Positions 18,908-28,795 of a DNA stretch of 64,000 bases are shown here, in pieces; within the stretch, counting starts at the first letter, position 1; every line of letters starts with the position of its first letter. Both the position numbers and the translations under genes were made by a program. The notes beneath the pieces are model-generated. The model was not told where the DNA came from and made no database searches. It was given only the letters and a program-made list of their open reading frames with translations. Origin of the DNA: Thermodesulfobacteriota bacterium (GTDB lineage Bacteria > Desulfobacterota_D > UBA1144 > Nemesobacterales > UBA2774); assembly GCA_963422265.1 (NCBI GenBank), contig OY729416.1:320001-384000 (forward strand), given 5' to 3'.

Positions 18908-21900
18908 TTATTTGACTTTGGCTTTATATATCCACTGCGAGGCGCGTGTTTTCGCGTCTAAAACAAGACTGAACACGGAAGGAACCAAAATTAGAGTGAA
19001 CATGGTCGATACGATGAGACCGCCTACGACAACGCTTCCAAGCCCCCTGTAGAACTCCGATCCCGATCCCGGCAGTAGTATTAGGGGGATCATGCCAAAC
19101 ACGCTTGTAGTAGTACTCATGAATATGGGCCTTATACGTGTTTTTACCGACTCACTTATGGCTTCTTCGTATCCTACTCCATGCTCTTTTACGTTGTTAA
19201 GAGCCTGATGAACTATAAGAATTGCATTATTAACGACGATCCCTATTAATATGATGAACCCAAGCATGGTTAGCACATTGAGCGGCATGTATGTGAAGAG
19301 GTTCAGTATAAGAAGTCCCAAGAATCCACCGAACGAAGCCAGTGGCACGCTGAGCATAATGACAAAGGGGTAAACAAAGCTTTCAAACAAAGATGCCATC
19401 AGGAGGAATGCGATCATAGCCGCCAGTAGAAAATTCCATTGAAGCGCCTGTCTAGTTACAGTGAGATCATCGGCTGACCCTGTGAGAATTGCGTTGTATG
19501 CCCTGCCTAAGTCCCCCTTTTCTCTGAGCGGGATCAGTATTTCATCGTTTATTAGCTCTATTGCACTTTCAAGTGCCATTTGCTCAGGGGGCACAACTGA
19601 GATAGCTATAGTTCTTTGACGCTCGTAGTGGTTTATCTGCTCGGGTCCGGTCGTAAAAATTACATCGGCTACCGAGCCTAGACTTACCATCTTGCCACTT
19701 TCCGTATTTATGACAAGGTCTTTAATCTCGTCCGTGCTGCTTGAGTACTTATCTTCTCCCCTTAGAGTAAGGTCTATCTCGTCGCCATCAATCTGGTAAT
19801 TGCTTACTATCGTGCCATCTACAAGGACGTTCAGCAAAAAACCTAGCTCTTCATTTGTTATACCTAAATCAGCCGCGCGCTTTCCTTTAAGCTTTAGCTG
19901 CACCTCGGGATTGCCTAGATCGAGACTTGGGATCGGGCGAACCTGAGCCTCTGGTATTTTCTGCATAGCGGTAAAGAATACGTTTTGGGCAATCCCCACG
20001 AGCTTTCCAAGCTCAGGTCCCGTTATCTGGACGTTTATGGCTCTTCCCTCACCTATCCCTCTTTGAAATATGCTTGACTGGGATACAATTGCTATCATAC
20101 CCGGTATTTTACTAAGAGAACTCTGCATTACCGGTATTATCTCGCGTATTCTATCGGGCTCTTTTACCCGCGCCCCCATGAAAGCTTGACGTCCTGTCGC
20201 TACGTAAAAGAAGTTTTTAATCGGGGGTCCGTCGAGCCTTGCGGCTTCATCCGAACCGACTTCTGCTTCCCAATACTGCCGCAGATCTTCTTCTATTCCC
20301 TTGCCGATATTGGTAAATTCTTCAACGTTGTATCCCGGCGGCGGTATTAGTATTCCAAATACCAAATTCCTGTTGCCTTCAGGCAGATATTCCGCTTTGG
20401 GTATCATTACTAAACTCAAGATAATTGCCCCAAAGGTAAAACCGCACACCACAGCTATCTTGGTGAGCGTATTCGAGAGTATGTGGCTTACTAGGCTTGA
20501 AATGCTATTCGCTAGCGCTTCTGCTTTCTGGGTTAAGCCCCATAGGTTTGAGAAGTTCCAGCCCGGTCTCCTTGTAGCTACGTTAAGGATCTTAGCTGAG
20601 ATAGAGGGTATTACAGTTATAGAGACTATGAGACTTAATACTACGGATACGCTGATGGCGATTGCAATGTCACGGAAAAGTTGTCCTGCCTGATCTTTTA
20701 CGAATATCACTGGAATGAACACTGCGGCAGTGGTTAGCGTGCTAGCGAGTACCGCTCCCCATACCTCAGTTGTGCCATCATAAGCCGCTTGAACTCGCGA
20801 TTTACCCATCTGCATGTGTCGGTAAACGTTCTCAAGCACGACAATTGAGTTATCTATTATCATTCCGACGGCAAATGCCATACCGGCTAAGCTGATCACG
20901 TTTATTGTTCTTCCGAGAAAAGCCATCATTACAAACGTTCCGATTATGCTTATCGGTATAGCGATAGCTACGGTAAGGGTGCTGCTTGCGCTTCTTAAGA
21001 ATAGAAGGAGGACGGCTATGGCTAACAGCCCGCCTATAATAATGTTCTGCTGAACTAGGTCAATTGCATTTATTATGTAGCCTGTTTCCTCATAGACGTT
21101 AAATAGGGTGAGATTTCTTTCTTTCAATTCTCCTTCATTGAGTTCTTTCATCGCTTGCATGATGCTTGACATGACTTCAATTGTATTTGCCCCGCTTTCC
21201 TTCACGACGTTTACCGCGATTGAAGGCTCACCGTTCTGTCTTACTGCATGCTCAGGGTCTTTATAGCCTAGCCTTACGCGGGCTACATCGCCTACGTAAA
21301 CCGGGGAGCCGTTTCTGTTGGCAATAACGACCTTTTCAATATCTTTGGGTGATTGATATTCACCAACGGTCCTTACTATGTAACGTCTCTTACCCTCGTC
21401 GAACTTTCCAGCGCTGTAGTTATCGTTCTCGGCGTTGATTGCATGCGCCATTTGCTGAATGGTGATTCTTCTCGAAGCGAGCGCGTTCGAATCTACGATG
21501 ACCTGCATTTCACGCTCATAACCGCCATAAACATTGGAAGAGCCGACCCCAGAAACGCGCTCGAATCTAGGTTTAATAAAATCCTCGGCAAAGTCGCGAA
21601 ACTGATAAATGTCAATATCCTGCTGCTCTTTATCGGGTTTTAGAATGAACCATGCCATAGCGCTTGACGTAACGTCCGTGCTGCTTATAACTGGCTGATC
21701 TACTTCATTAGGATATTCTTTTACCTGATTGAGTTTGTTTGAAACGTCAACAATAGCGGCGTCTATATCAGTCCCAAGCTCAAATTCCATCACGATTTTG
21801 CCGCTTGAGTCCATGCTCTCGCTTGTCATTTCTATGAGTCCGCGGGCGGTCTTGAGCTCCTCTTCCTGCTCACGCACTATCTCCGTCTCAACTTCCTGTG

Positions 21901-22066
21901 GGCTCGCTCCCGTCCAGACAGTGCCTACGGTTATGCGTGGCTTTTCTACGTCAGGGGTAAGCTGCACAGGGATTTTGAATAGAGAGATCAACCCGAATAG
22001 AACTATAAATATTACTCCAACGGCGACGCTGACGGGTCTTTTAATAGACCTTTCTACTAATTTCAT
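18908..22066 (-). CDS. RND efflux permease (AcrB/AcrD/AcrF family)
   Basis: 1052 aa with GMIIDNSIVVLEN, GIVVNNAIL and RIRPIFMST; two large periplasmic loops. Confidence 0.93.
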   Translation of the reverse strand: MKLVERSIKRPVSVAVGVIFIVLFGLISLFKIPVQLTPDVEKPRITVGTVWTGASPQEVETEIVREQEEELKTARGLIEMTSESMDSSGKIVMEFELGTDIDAAIVDVSNKLNQVKEYPNEVDQPVISSTDVTSSAMAWFILKPDKEQQDIDIYQFRDFAEDFIKPRFERVSGVGSSNVYGGYEREMQVIVDSNALASRRITIQQMAHAINAENDNYSAGKFDEGKRRYIVRTVGEYQSPKDIEKVVIANRNGSPVYVGDVARVRLGYKDPEHAVRQNGEPSIAVNVVKESGANTIEVMSSIMQAMKELNEGELKERNLTLFNVYEETGYIINAIDLVQQNIIIGGLLAIAVLLLFLRSASSTLTVAIAIPISIIGTFVMMAFLGRTINVISLAGMAFAVGMIIDNSIVVLENVYRHMQMGKSRVQAAYDGTTEVWGAVLASTLTTAAVFIPVIFVKDQAGQLFRDIAIAISVSVVLSLIVSITVIPSISAKILNVATRRPGWNFSNLWGLTQKAEALANSISSLVSHILSNTLTKIAVVCGFTFGAIILSLVMIPKAEYLPEGNRNLVFGILIPPPGYNVEEFTNIGKGIEEDLRQYWEAEVGSDEAARLDGPPIKNFFYVATGRQAFMGARVKEPDRIREIIPVMQSSLSKIPGMIAIVSQSSIFQRGIGEGRAINVQITGPELGKLVGIAQNVFFTAMQKIPEAQVRPIPSLDLGNPEVQLKLKGKRAADLGITNEELGFLLNVLVDGTIVSNYQIDGDEIDLTLRGEDKYSSSTDEIKDLVINTESGKMVSLGSVADVIFTTGPEQINHYERQRTIAISVVPPEQMALESAIELINDEILIPLREKGDLGRAYNAILTGSADDLTVTRQALQWNFLLAAMIAFLLMASLFESFVYPFVIMLSVPLASFGGFLGLLILNLFTYMPLNVLTMLGFIILIGIVVNNAILIVHQALNNVKEHGVGYEEAISESVKTRIRPIFMSTTTSVFGMIPLILLPGSGSEFYRGLGSVVVGGLIVSTMFTLILVPSVFSLVLDAKTRASQWIYKAKVK

Positions 22067-22088
22067 CTATGAGTTTTCCACCTACAAA

Positions 22089-23189
22089 TTAGTTGGCTTT
22101 ATCTTGCGTTTCATGCTTTTCATTTAAGATTTTTACAGGCTGGTTGGGCATGAGCCTTTCATTACCTCTGATGACGACAAGCTGTCCGGCTTTGATGTTT
22201 CCTATCACTTGAATCTGTTCCTCAAGTTCTATTCCGGTCGTAACTGGAATGGGTTGAGCAATTCCATCGTTTACCACGTAGATGAAATTAGCGTTATTCC
22301 GCGGCACTATAGCGTCTTTATGCACCATCATAGCGGTGAGTGGTTTTCCGATAGAGAAAGACACGCGTGCCACCATGCCGCTTTTTACGATGCTGTTCTT
22401 GTTATCAACATTGATTTTTACGGGAAAAGTTCTTGATTCTCCGTCTGCTTGGGGCACAAGAGAGGTAAATGTACCTTCAATACTCACTTTGGGAAGGGCA
22501 TCAAATCTAATCAACGCTTTATCACGTCTCTTTATCTTGTTTACGTAGCGTTCAGGCAAGTTTACATTAATCTCTACCATTTCAATATCGATCAGTTCAA
22601 TGATGGGACCTCCTTCTTGCACCCATTCACCCACCTCAACGTATTCTCTAGTTACGTATCCATTAAAGGGGGCTTTTATGCTTGACTTGTCAAGTGCGTA
22701 TTCATAGTTTTCAATCTGAGCCTGATGCTGTTCAACACGGGCATCCCACGAGTCCTTTTCCGATTTGGCATCTTGTAAGCGTTGTATTGACGCTACCCCT
22801 TTGTCTTGGAGTTGCTGAATACGTATCAGGTTCTTTTCTGCTAGCTGATAACGTGCTTGTGCCTCTTTTTTACTTGCTCTGGCTGCGTTCAGATTTATTT
22901 CTATAGTATGCTTGACAAGTTTAGCGATTACGTCTCCTTTGCTTACATAATCGCCTTCTTGCACGAGCATGCTCTTGACTAATCCCTCTATTGCGCTTGC
23001 AACTACGCTCCTTTTCCTGGGCTCGACTGAGCCTACGAGCGTAACTGGTTTTTGAACCTTTCGTTCCTCAACCTTATCCACCAAAACTGGCGCTGGTGGT
23101 GGCGTTTGAGCTGAAGAGCTTACGTTGGTAATCAATAGAATTAACAATAGCGTTATAAACGCATAAGGGACGCTTCTTGGTGGTTTCAT
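22089..23189 (-). CDS. RND periplasmic adaptor (membrane fusion protein)
   Basis: N-terminal hydrophobic anchor, lipoyl-like halves (VQEGDYV, IKAPFNG), coiled coil, SRTFPV, GMVA. Confidence 0.92.
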   Translation of the reverse strand: MKPPRSVPYAFITLLLILLITNVSSSAQTPPPAPVLVDKVEERKVQKPVTLVGSVEPRKRSVVASAIEGLVKSMLVQEGDYVSKGDVIAKLVKHTIEINLNAARASKKEAQARYQLAEKNLIRIQQLQDKGVASIQRLQDAKSEKDSWDARVEQHQAQIENYEYALDKSSIKAPFNGYVTREYVEVGEWVQEGGPIIELIDIEMVEINVNLPERYVNKIKRRDKALIRFDALPKVSIEGTFTSLVPQADGESRTFPVKINVDNKNSIVKSGMVARVSFSIGKPLTAMMVHKDAIVPRNNANFIYVVNDGIAQPIPVTTGIELEEQIQVIGNIKAGQLVVIRGNERLMPNQPVKILNEKHETQDKAN

Positions 23190-23351
23190 ACTTCTCCTTG
23201 TGTAGAATTGGAATTTGTTCTGTTTAGGATAAATTCAATTTTTGATTGATCAAATTTTCTGCTATTTGATTTTTACTCTATACATGCTGTATATTATTTG
23301 TTAACATCTAGAATATAGGATAAGTAAAAATTCTAAGGAGGTGCTGCTTAG

Positions 23352-23663
23352 ATGTCAATCTTAAGTAGATTGTTTTTGTTGTTAATAGCTGGAGTATTTG
23401 TATTAGGACTGAGTGCGTGTCCCCCGACGACGCCTGATGAGCCGGCTGGCGGTTCTGAAGTTGTAGAGGAAGCTCCTGCTGAGGCTACAGAGGAAGCTCC
23501 TGCTGAGGCTACAGAGGAAGCTCCTGCCGAGGCTACAGAGGAAGCTCCTGCCGAGGCTACAGAGGAAGCTCCTGCCGAGGCTACAGAGGAAGCTCCTGCC
23601 GAGGCTACAGAGGAAGCTCCTGCCGAGGCTACAGAGGAAGCTCCTGCCGAGGGTGTAAAGTAA
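23352..23663 (+). CDS. Small acidic lipoprotein made of EEAPAEAT repeats
   Basis: AAGGAGG RBS; signal peptide ending in lipobox LSAC; 7 full repeats plus 1 partial. Confidence 0.85.
   Translation: MSILSRLFLLLIAGVFVLGLSACPPTTPDEPAGGSEVVEEAPAEATEEAPAEATEEAPAEATEEAPAEATEEAPAEATEEAPAEATEEAPAEATEEAPAEGVK
23466..23651 (+). repeat. 24-bp coding tandem repeat (VNTR), about 7.75 copies
   Basis: Contiguous copies of gaggaagctcctgcYgaggctaca with no spacers. The first two have gct and the rest gcc at the variable site. Confidence 0.97.
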
Positions 23664-23742
23664 AGCTCTGAGTATTAGCATTAGGGACTTTATATATTTC
23701 TTAGTTATTGGGCGCATAAGTCAATTTTCATAAGTATCGCCT

Positions 23743-23788
23743 AGCCCCTTTTATTTCCTTTCTTAAAAGGAGGGTTATAAAAGGGGCT
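23743..23788. terminator. Nested hairpin downstream of the lipoprotein gene
   Basis: Perfect 12-bp stem agccccttttat/ataaaaggggct enclosing cctttcttaaaagg. Confidence 0.6.
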
Positions 23789-24009
23789 GTTGTATTTCAG
23801 ATGAGTTAAGCACGGCGTTTATTACGACGTAGTAGGGTGTTATTCCATTCCGCTTATACCTTTCCCGCTATTGAAGCCTCGCCGTTCTGTTCTATAGCGT
23901 GTTCAGGGTCTAATTTTTCCCATTCGGATGTGTCATCATGCTTTTGAACAGCTTGCCATGATTAGGGACTTGCAAGCGTAAAAGCTTATGGGCGGGAATG
24001 ACAGATGGT

Positions 24010-24101
24010 GTAGGGGCGACCCTTGTGGTCGCCCTTAGGTGTGGTTGTGATGTGGGTACCCATGCATGTCCCTAACTTGATTGGGGAAGGGTTACCCCTA
24101 C
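24010..24101. repeat. GTAG-type REP pair in inverted orientation (REPIN-like)
   Basis: GTAGGGGCGACC-cttgt-GGTCGCCCTT at 24010-24036, and an inverted partial copy whose reverse complement is GTAGGGGTAACCCTT at 24087-24101 (13/15 identical). Confidence 0.6.
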
Positions 24102-24418
24102 AACAAGGGGCTGCTGCTTGAACCTACCCTCAACCTACTACAAATACGAACTGCGGGGACTAGCACTAACAAAAATAGAAGAGCAAGAGCTAAAAACCCA
24201 GCACCTTCACCCTTTCCTTCTACACTAATAAGAGAGAATCCCCTGCCTCCTCCGCAATTTTCAGAATCACATCCCTCACAGTCTCTCCCTTCATTCTCCT
24301 CTATACTCGTATTCATGTCTTCTATGTTGACAGAAGCGAAGCGAGATAGTTAGATTCCGCTTCGTTTCTAAGGTCTAAGTCTTGCGTAAGTAACCTTGCA
24401 AAGATAAAATACCGCTCT

Positions 24419-24640
24419 ATGAAGTCGTTTGAAGAGTCCCTAGACGAACTCAAGAAGATTGTGGACAAACTCGAGAGTGGAAATCTACCGCTTGAAGATT
24501 CAATTAAGCTTTTTCAGCAAGGCGCGAAGCTCATCTCCTATTCTCATAAAGAATTAAATGAGGTCGAGAAAAGTGTGCAGATTTTGATGGAAGGAAAAGA
24601 TGGCGAGGTAGAAGCTCTAGATTTTGATCCCCAAGACTAG
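24419..24640 (+). CDS. xseB: Exodeoxyribonuclease VII small subunit
   Basis: SFEESLDEL..IV.KLESG.LPLE.SI.LF..G pattern; lies upstream of ispA. Confidence 0.93.
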   Translation: MKSFEESLDELKKIVDKLESGNLPLEDSIKLFQQGAKLISYSHKELNEVEKSVQILMEGKDGEVEALDFDPQD

Positions 24641-24645
24641 ACGTT

Positions 24646-25536
24646 ATGGAATTTGATATTCAAGCCTATCTCTCTTCTAAAAAAAGACTTGTAGATTTAA
24701 GGCTAAAATCTTTGCTTAGGGATTCAAAAGTTCCTCGAACAAAACTTGAAGAATCAATAAGATATAGCGCACTCGCAGGTGGAAAGCGGCTTAGGCCTAT
24801 ACTGTTAATCGCCGCGTGCGAGACTGTAGGGGGAAGAGAAGAAGAGGTGCTGCAGATAGCTTGCGCTATAGAGATGATTCACACTTACTCACTAATTCAC
24901 GACGATCTCCCTTCGATGGATAATGACTCTTTACGTAGAGGGGTTGCTGCAAACCACGTCGTATTTGGCGAGGCGATTGCCATACTCGCAGGCGATGCTC
25001 TACTTACGGACGCTTTTAAGATAATTGTTAGAGAAGGTAGGGCAAGTGGTATAGCGGCCTCTCTCATTTGTGATTTAATATTGGATATATCTTCCGCTGC
25101 GGGTTCGGAAGGAATGATACTGGGACAAGCGATGGATCTCTCGCTTGAAGGGAATGATGATCTTAACATTAGGGAAATTGAGGAGATGCACTCGTTTAAG
25201 ACTGGTGCTATGATTACGGTTTCCGTCGTCGCAGGGGCTAGGATAGGAGGGGCTAGCGGGGAAGAGCTGGTTATGCTAAGGTCTTATGCTATGAATATTG
25301 GTCTCGCTTATCAAATTGTAGATGATATGCTTGATATTGGGGATGGAAGAAGGACGGGTAAAGACAGGGGGGCTGGAGGCGAGGGATTGACTTATACTGA
25401 GCTTTTCGGCGTTGAAAAATCTAGGCAAAGGGTCTTAGAACTTACAGAGTGCGCGCTGGAGGCAATAAAAGGTCTTGGTGATAAGGCGCTCATTCTGAGG
25501 GGAATAGCGCTCTACCTTGGAGGGAGGCAATATTAA
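24646..25536 (+). CDS. ispA: Farnesyl/geranylgeranyl diphosphate synthase
   Basis: GGKRLRP, SLIHDDLPSMD..RRG, KTGA and YQIVDDMLD motifs. Confidence 0.92.
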   Translation: MEFDIQAYLSSKKRLVDLRLKSLLRDSKVPRTKLEESIRYSALAGGKRLRPILLIAACETVGGREEEVLQIACAIEMIHTYSLIHDDLPSMDNDSLRRGVAANHVVFGEAIAILAGDALLTDAFKIIVREGRASGIAASLICDLILDISSAAGSEGMILGQAMDLSLEGNDDLNIREIEEMHSFKTGAMITVSVVAGARIGGASGEELVMLRSYAMNIGLAYQIVDDMLDIGDGRRTGKDRGAGGEGLTYTELFGVEKSRQRVLELTECALEAIKGLGDKALILRGIALYLGGRQY

Positions 25537-26284
25537 GGGCGGTGTATCTAGCAAGAGAAAGAGGATTGACGTGCTTCTAGTCGATTTGGATTTAGCTCCT
25601 ACTAGGTCGCGTGCTCGGTCGCTTATAATGGAAGGCGTTGTTTTTGTGGATGGTATGCGGTTAGACAAGGCGGGCGCGGTTGTTAAAGAAAATTCGGATA
25701 TTTCAATTAGAGAGTCTTCACAAAAATACGTGAGCAGGGGTGGTTTTAAGCTCGAGTCCGCGCTTTCAGGGTTTGGCGTTGACGTAGATGGCATGACTGC
25801 GCTTGACATAGGTGCTTCTACTGGAGGTTTTACAGACTGTCTTTTACAAAAGGGGGCTTCTAAGATATATGCGGTTGACGTTGGTTATGGTCAGCTTGAT
25901 TGGAAGCTGAGGAACGATGAGCGTGTGGTTGTAATGGAGAGAGTTAATGCTCGTTACATTAAGCCAGAAGATATAGCCGAGCTTGTTGACGTATTAGTAA
26001 TTGACGTGTCTTTCATATCTGTTACCAAAATTCTCCCGCCAGCCGTCCAGATTCTAAAACCGGGCGGGGTATTAGTTGCCCTTGTTAAGCCTCAGTTTGA
26101 GGTTGGAAAAGGTGAAGTAGGAAAGGGTGGCATTGTGAAAGATGAAAGAAAGCATAAGAGGGTTGTTGAGGAGATTACGGAGTTTACGCTGGGCTTGGGT
26201 TTTAGACTGAAGGGCGTGATTACCTCTCCCTTGTTAGGATCCCGTGGAAATAAAGAGTTTTTGTTGATCATGGTTAGCGACTGA
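25517..26284 (+). CDS. tlyA: TlyA family rRNA 2'-O-methyltransferase
   Basis: S4 domain, YVSRGG.KL, DIGASTGGFTD, DVSFIS, LVKPQFE and GN.EF motifs; start codon uncertain. Confidence 0.93.
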   Translation: MEGGNIKGGVSSKRKRIDVLLVDLDLAPTRSRARSLIMEGVVFVDGMRLDKAGAVVKENSDISIRESSQKYVSRGGFKLESALSGFGVDVDGMTALDIGASTGGFTDCLLQKGASKIYAVDVGYGQLDWKLRNDERVVVMERVNARYIKPEDIAELVDVLVIDVSFISVTKILPPAVQILKPGGVLVALVKPQFEVGKGEVGKGGIVKDERKHKRVVEEITEFTLGLGFRLKGVITSPLLGSRGNKEFLLIMVSD

Positions 26285-26433
26285 TTTTTTGTTGGGCAAG
26301 GGTGTAGGTTAACCTATACATTTTCAAGGAATAATTAGCTAATTGTTAAATTATAATGTATAATAACTCTGTGTATATTTTAGATGGCTAGTCTCTTTGA
26401 GGAGACAGCCGCTTGGGTTTATAGGTAGAAGCT

Positions 26434-26706
26434 ATGAAAGCAGTTTATAAACATAAGCGTTTAGGCATAGAGTTTCGTATAGTCGGTCTTCTTTTTGAGG
26501 ACGATAGGTACGAGGTGTACCATGCTCGCAATAAGAAGTATGATAGGGACCTTATTCTTCACTTTCCAAAGCGAGAGGGAGGGAGAAAGTTCAACGTTCC
26601 AAAAGTCGATTTTGAGAGGTTTGTAGCCGTAGGTTCGGCTAATACTAAACCTAAAGAGGTTAATCTGCCATGGGAGAGTAAGCCTGATAAGTTAAGGGGC
26701 CACTAG
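26434..26706 (+). CDS. Hypothetical protein (90 aa, basic)
   Basis: Only ORF in the gap; AGGT upstream and TATAAT-like elements near 26352. No motif recognised. Confidence 0.55.
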   Translation: MKAVYKHKRLGIEFRIVGLLFEDDRYEVYHARNKKYDRDLILHFPKREGGRKFNVPKVDFERFVAVGSANTKPKEVNLPWESKPDKLRGH

Positions 26707-26774
26707 CAGCATGGGACGGTGCATGTAATCCCTTTGTCCTTCTTATAGCCTGGTATTTGTTGATACAGCCCATT

Positions 26775-27479
26775 TCATATCAGCTCCTTTGTGGCTATAT
26801 ATCCGTTGATTAGAAGGGACTTTGAGAATAGGCGGATTTTCCTAAACCCCGTGTTTTCTAACAGCTGAATAGTTTCTTCGTGAGTTATAATGGGAAGGGC
26901 TTCCTTAATGTATTTTATTCTTTTGCGAACCTCTTCCTTGTCTCTTCCCTCAAGCTGGAACGATTCAAATGCGTATAGTAAGGTTTTGAACTCGTCTGAA
27001 TTTTTGTCACCGGTAATGTCGGCGAGTATAAATCTCGCCCCAGGTTTTAGCCTAAGCCATATTTCGTTGAGAAAGTCGTTCTTATCCTTAATCTCTATAA
27101 AGTGCATTACAAGCAAGGATGTCGCTGCATCGAAAGATTCCTGAAACAGGTCTCCTACAGCTCCGTGAACTAATTTAATTCTGTGCTGAAGCCAGAGCTT
27201 AGCTACTTTATGCTTAGCTATTTTAACCATCTCTTCCGCTATATCTAAACCGGTTATTCTCCAGCCTGGATTGTGCGAAGCATAGTTGATGGCTTCATTG
27301 CCCGTCCCAGCGCCTACTACAAGAACGCGAGCCTGCGGAGGTAAAAGAAAGTTTAGCAGGTGGAGAGCCGTGTCGTGCAGCGCCCCGTATCCCGGAATTA
27401 TTTTACCTACGTCCCGATCATAAAAAACTGCCCTTTCGTTAAAACGCCTTATGGGATCAAATTTTTCAGACATAAACAT
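26775..27479 (-). CDS. Class I SAM-dependent methyltransferase (CmoA-like)
   Basis: IIPGY, VLVVGAGTG, FDAATSLLVMHF and LKPGA motifs. Confidence 0.85.
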   Translation of the reverse strand: MFMSEKFDPIRRFNERAVFYDRDVGKIIPGYGALHDTALHLLNFLLPPQARVLVVGAGTGNEAINYASHNPGWRITGLDIAEEMVKIAKHKVAKLWLQHRIKLVHGAVGDLFQESFDAATSLLVMHFIEIKDKNDFLNEIWLRLKPGARFILADITGDKNSDEFKTLLYAFESFQLEGRDKEEVRKRIKYIKEALPIITHEETIQLLENTGFRKIRLFSKSLLINGYIATKELI

Positions 27480-27608
27480 CTAGTTTAATTTGTTTATACT
27501 CATAAGTGAAGAGATATGCCTTGAGCTGTGTTTGGGCACGGAAGTATTTAACACAGTCATATTGTGCATAGATCAGGAATTTCTGTTACAATTTATATGG
27601 GGCTAATT

Positions 27609-28016
27609 ATGATTGCAACGCGAAGAGATATTGAAAGCAGAGACGACATAGAAACGTTGATGAAAGGGTTTTATGATCGGATGATACGTGATAACGTAAT
27701 TGGCTTTATTTTTACTCACTACGCTAAGCTTGATCTTGAGAGTCATCTTCCTATCGTAGCTGATTTCTGGGAGACGGTGTTGTTTCAGAAGTCGGTTTAC
27801 AAAAGGGGCCCTAAGGCTATGGAAGTTCACCTAGATCTGAACAAGACGGTTGCTCTTAGGAAGCAGCATTTCATTCGCTGGCTGTATATATTTCACAACA
27901 CTGTTGACGAATTTTTTGAAGGCGTTACAGCAGAGAAAGCAAAGGAAAGGTCTAGCTCCATTGCTAAGCTAATGCAGGACAGGATAGGAGCGCTGCCCGA
28001 CTGCGCTGAGATGTAG
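27609..28016 (+). CDS. Group III truncated hemoglobin (trHbP)
   Basis: DI..R.DI..L...FY, D.VIG.IF, HLP...DFW, EVH and HF.RWL..F motifs; probable start ATG 27609. Confidence 0.88.
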   Translation: MIATRRDIESRDDIETLMKGFYDRMIRDNVIGFIFTHYAKLDLESHLPIVADFWETVLFQKSVYKRGPKAMEVHLDLNKTVALRKQHFIRWLYIFHNTVDEFFEGVTAEKAKERSSSIAKLMQDRIGALPDCAEM

Positions 28017-28060
28017 TTCTTTGCCCTATTTGATTAACGATAAGGGGAGAAAGTAGTCGT

Positions 28061-28678
28061 TTACTTCTTTCTCGTATATTTGATTTCCATTGCGCGAAAT
28101 TCTTTTCCATCATGGCTTGAGTTAAAGAACTCATATAGGTAGTTGTCCCCATCTACAATTTTAGTTACTCTACGAAATGATTTCTTGCCCTCCACTGGGC
28201 ACGTATAGGTTCCATTCTCAATCATTGTTTTCGTTTTTTTATCGTAACTCCCTGTTGCGGTCATAACTCCCGTTCCCATATTATCAATCCATACGTTCGT
28301 ATATTGCTTGGAAAAGTTGTTGTAGCCTATTATTGCCATGCCTTCAAAGGGGGTTCCCATAGAGGTACCATTGACGTTCATTTCAACGAATCTTCCGCCC
28401 ATTATCCATTTTGCATCGCTGGTTCCATTTGATACCTCGGGAGGGGAGTCCGGCTTCATCCACCAGCTAACCGTGTAGTTCCAGCTTCCTATAAAGTAGC
28501 CAAGCTCTTTATGCGCTTCACCTGGGGTTGCGTAAGCTTGCCATTTAGCCATAAGCTCTTGCTGTGTCGGGTTTAGATTTGGGGCATTTTCTTTTTTCTG
28601 TTGACTAGGACTAGGGCTGTTACAGGCATACATGCAGATTACCACGACTAAAACCATTAGGATCGAAAATTTTCTCAT
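28061..28678 (-). CDS. DUF1579-like exported lipoprotein
   Basis: Signal peptide ending MYAC; TPG..H..L..F.GSW, GGRF, PFEG..I.GY.N and W.DNMGTG motifs; GGAGG RBS before ATG 28678. Confidence 0.75.
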   Translation of the reverse strand: MRKFSILMVLVVVICMYACNSPSPSQQKKENAPNLNPTQQELMAKWQAYATPGEAHKELGYFIGSWNYTVSWWMKPDSPPEVSNGTSDAKWIMGGRFVEMNVNGTSMGTPFEGMAIIGYNNFSKQYTNVWIDNMGTGVMTATGSYDKKTKTMIENGTYTCPVEGKKSFRRVTKIVDGDNYLYEFFNSSHDGKEFRAMEIKYTRKK

Positions 28679-28795
28679 TTTATTTCCTCCTACTTTATTG
28701 TGCATTGTGTAGATTAGTCTACAACTGGCTAGGGTGCAAGCTCAGCTGATAATTTAATATGATTATTAGCTATGGTCTGGCTTAGTAGCGCTTAT

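Noticed and set aside
18193-22906. Plus-strand ORFs of 60-197 aa opposite the HAL2-like and RND genes
   Set aside because: Fully antisense to well-supported genes, with no motifs.
23466-23651. Possible CRISPR array
   Set aside because: The units are contiguous with no unique spacers and are in frame within a lipoprotein; no cas genes are present.
23800-23960. Possible ncRNA or small gene in the intergenic gap
   Set aside because: Only a short start-less minus-strand frame (..DDTSEWEKLDPEHAIEQNGEASIAGKV*) is present, and no recognisable RNA family; the evidence is insufficient.
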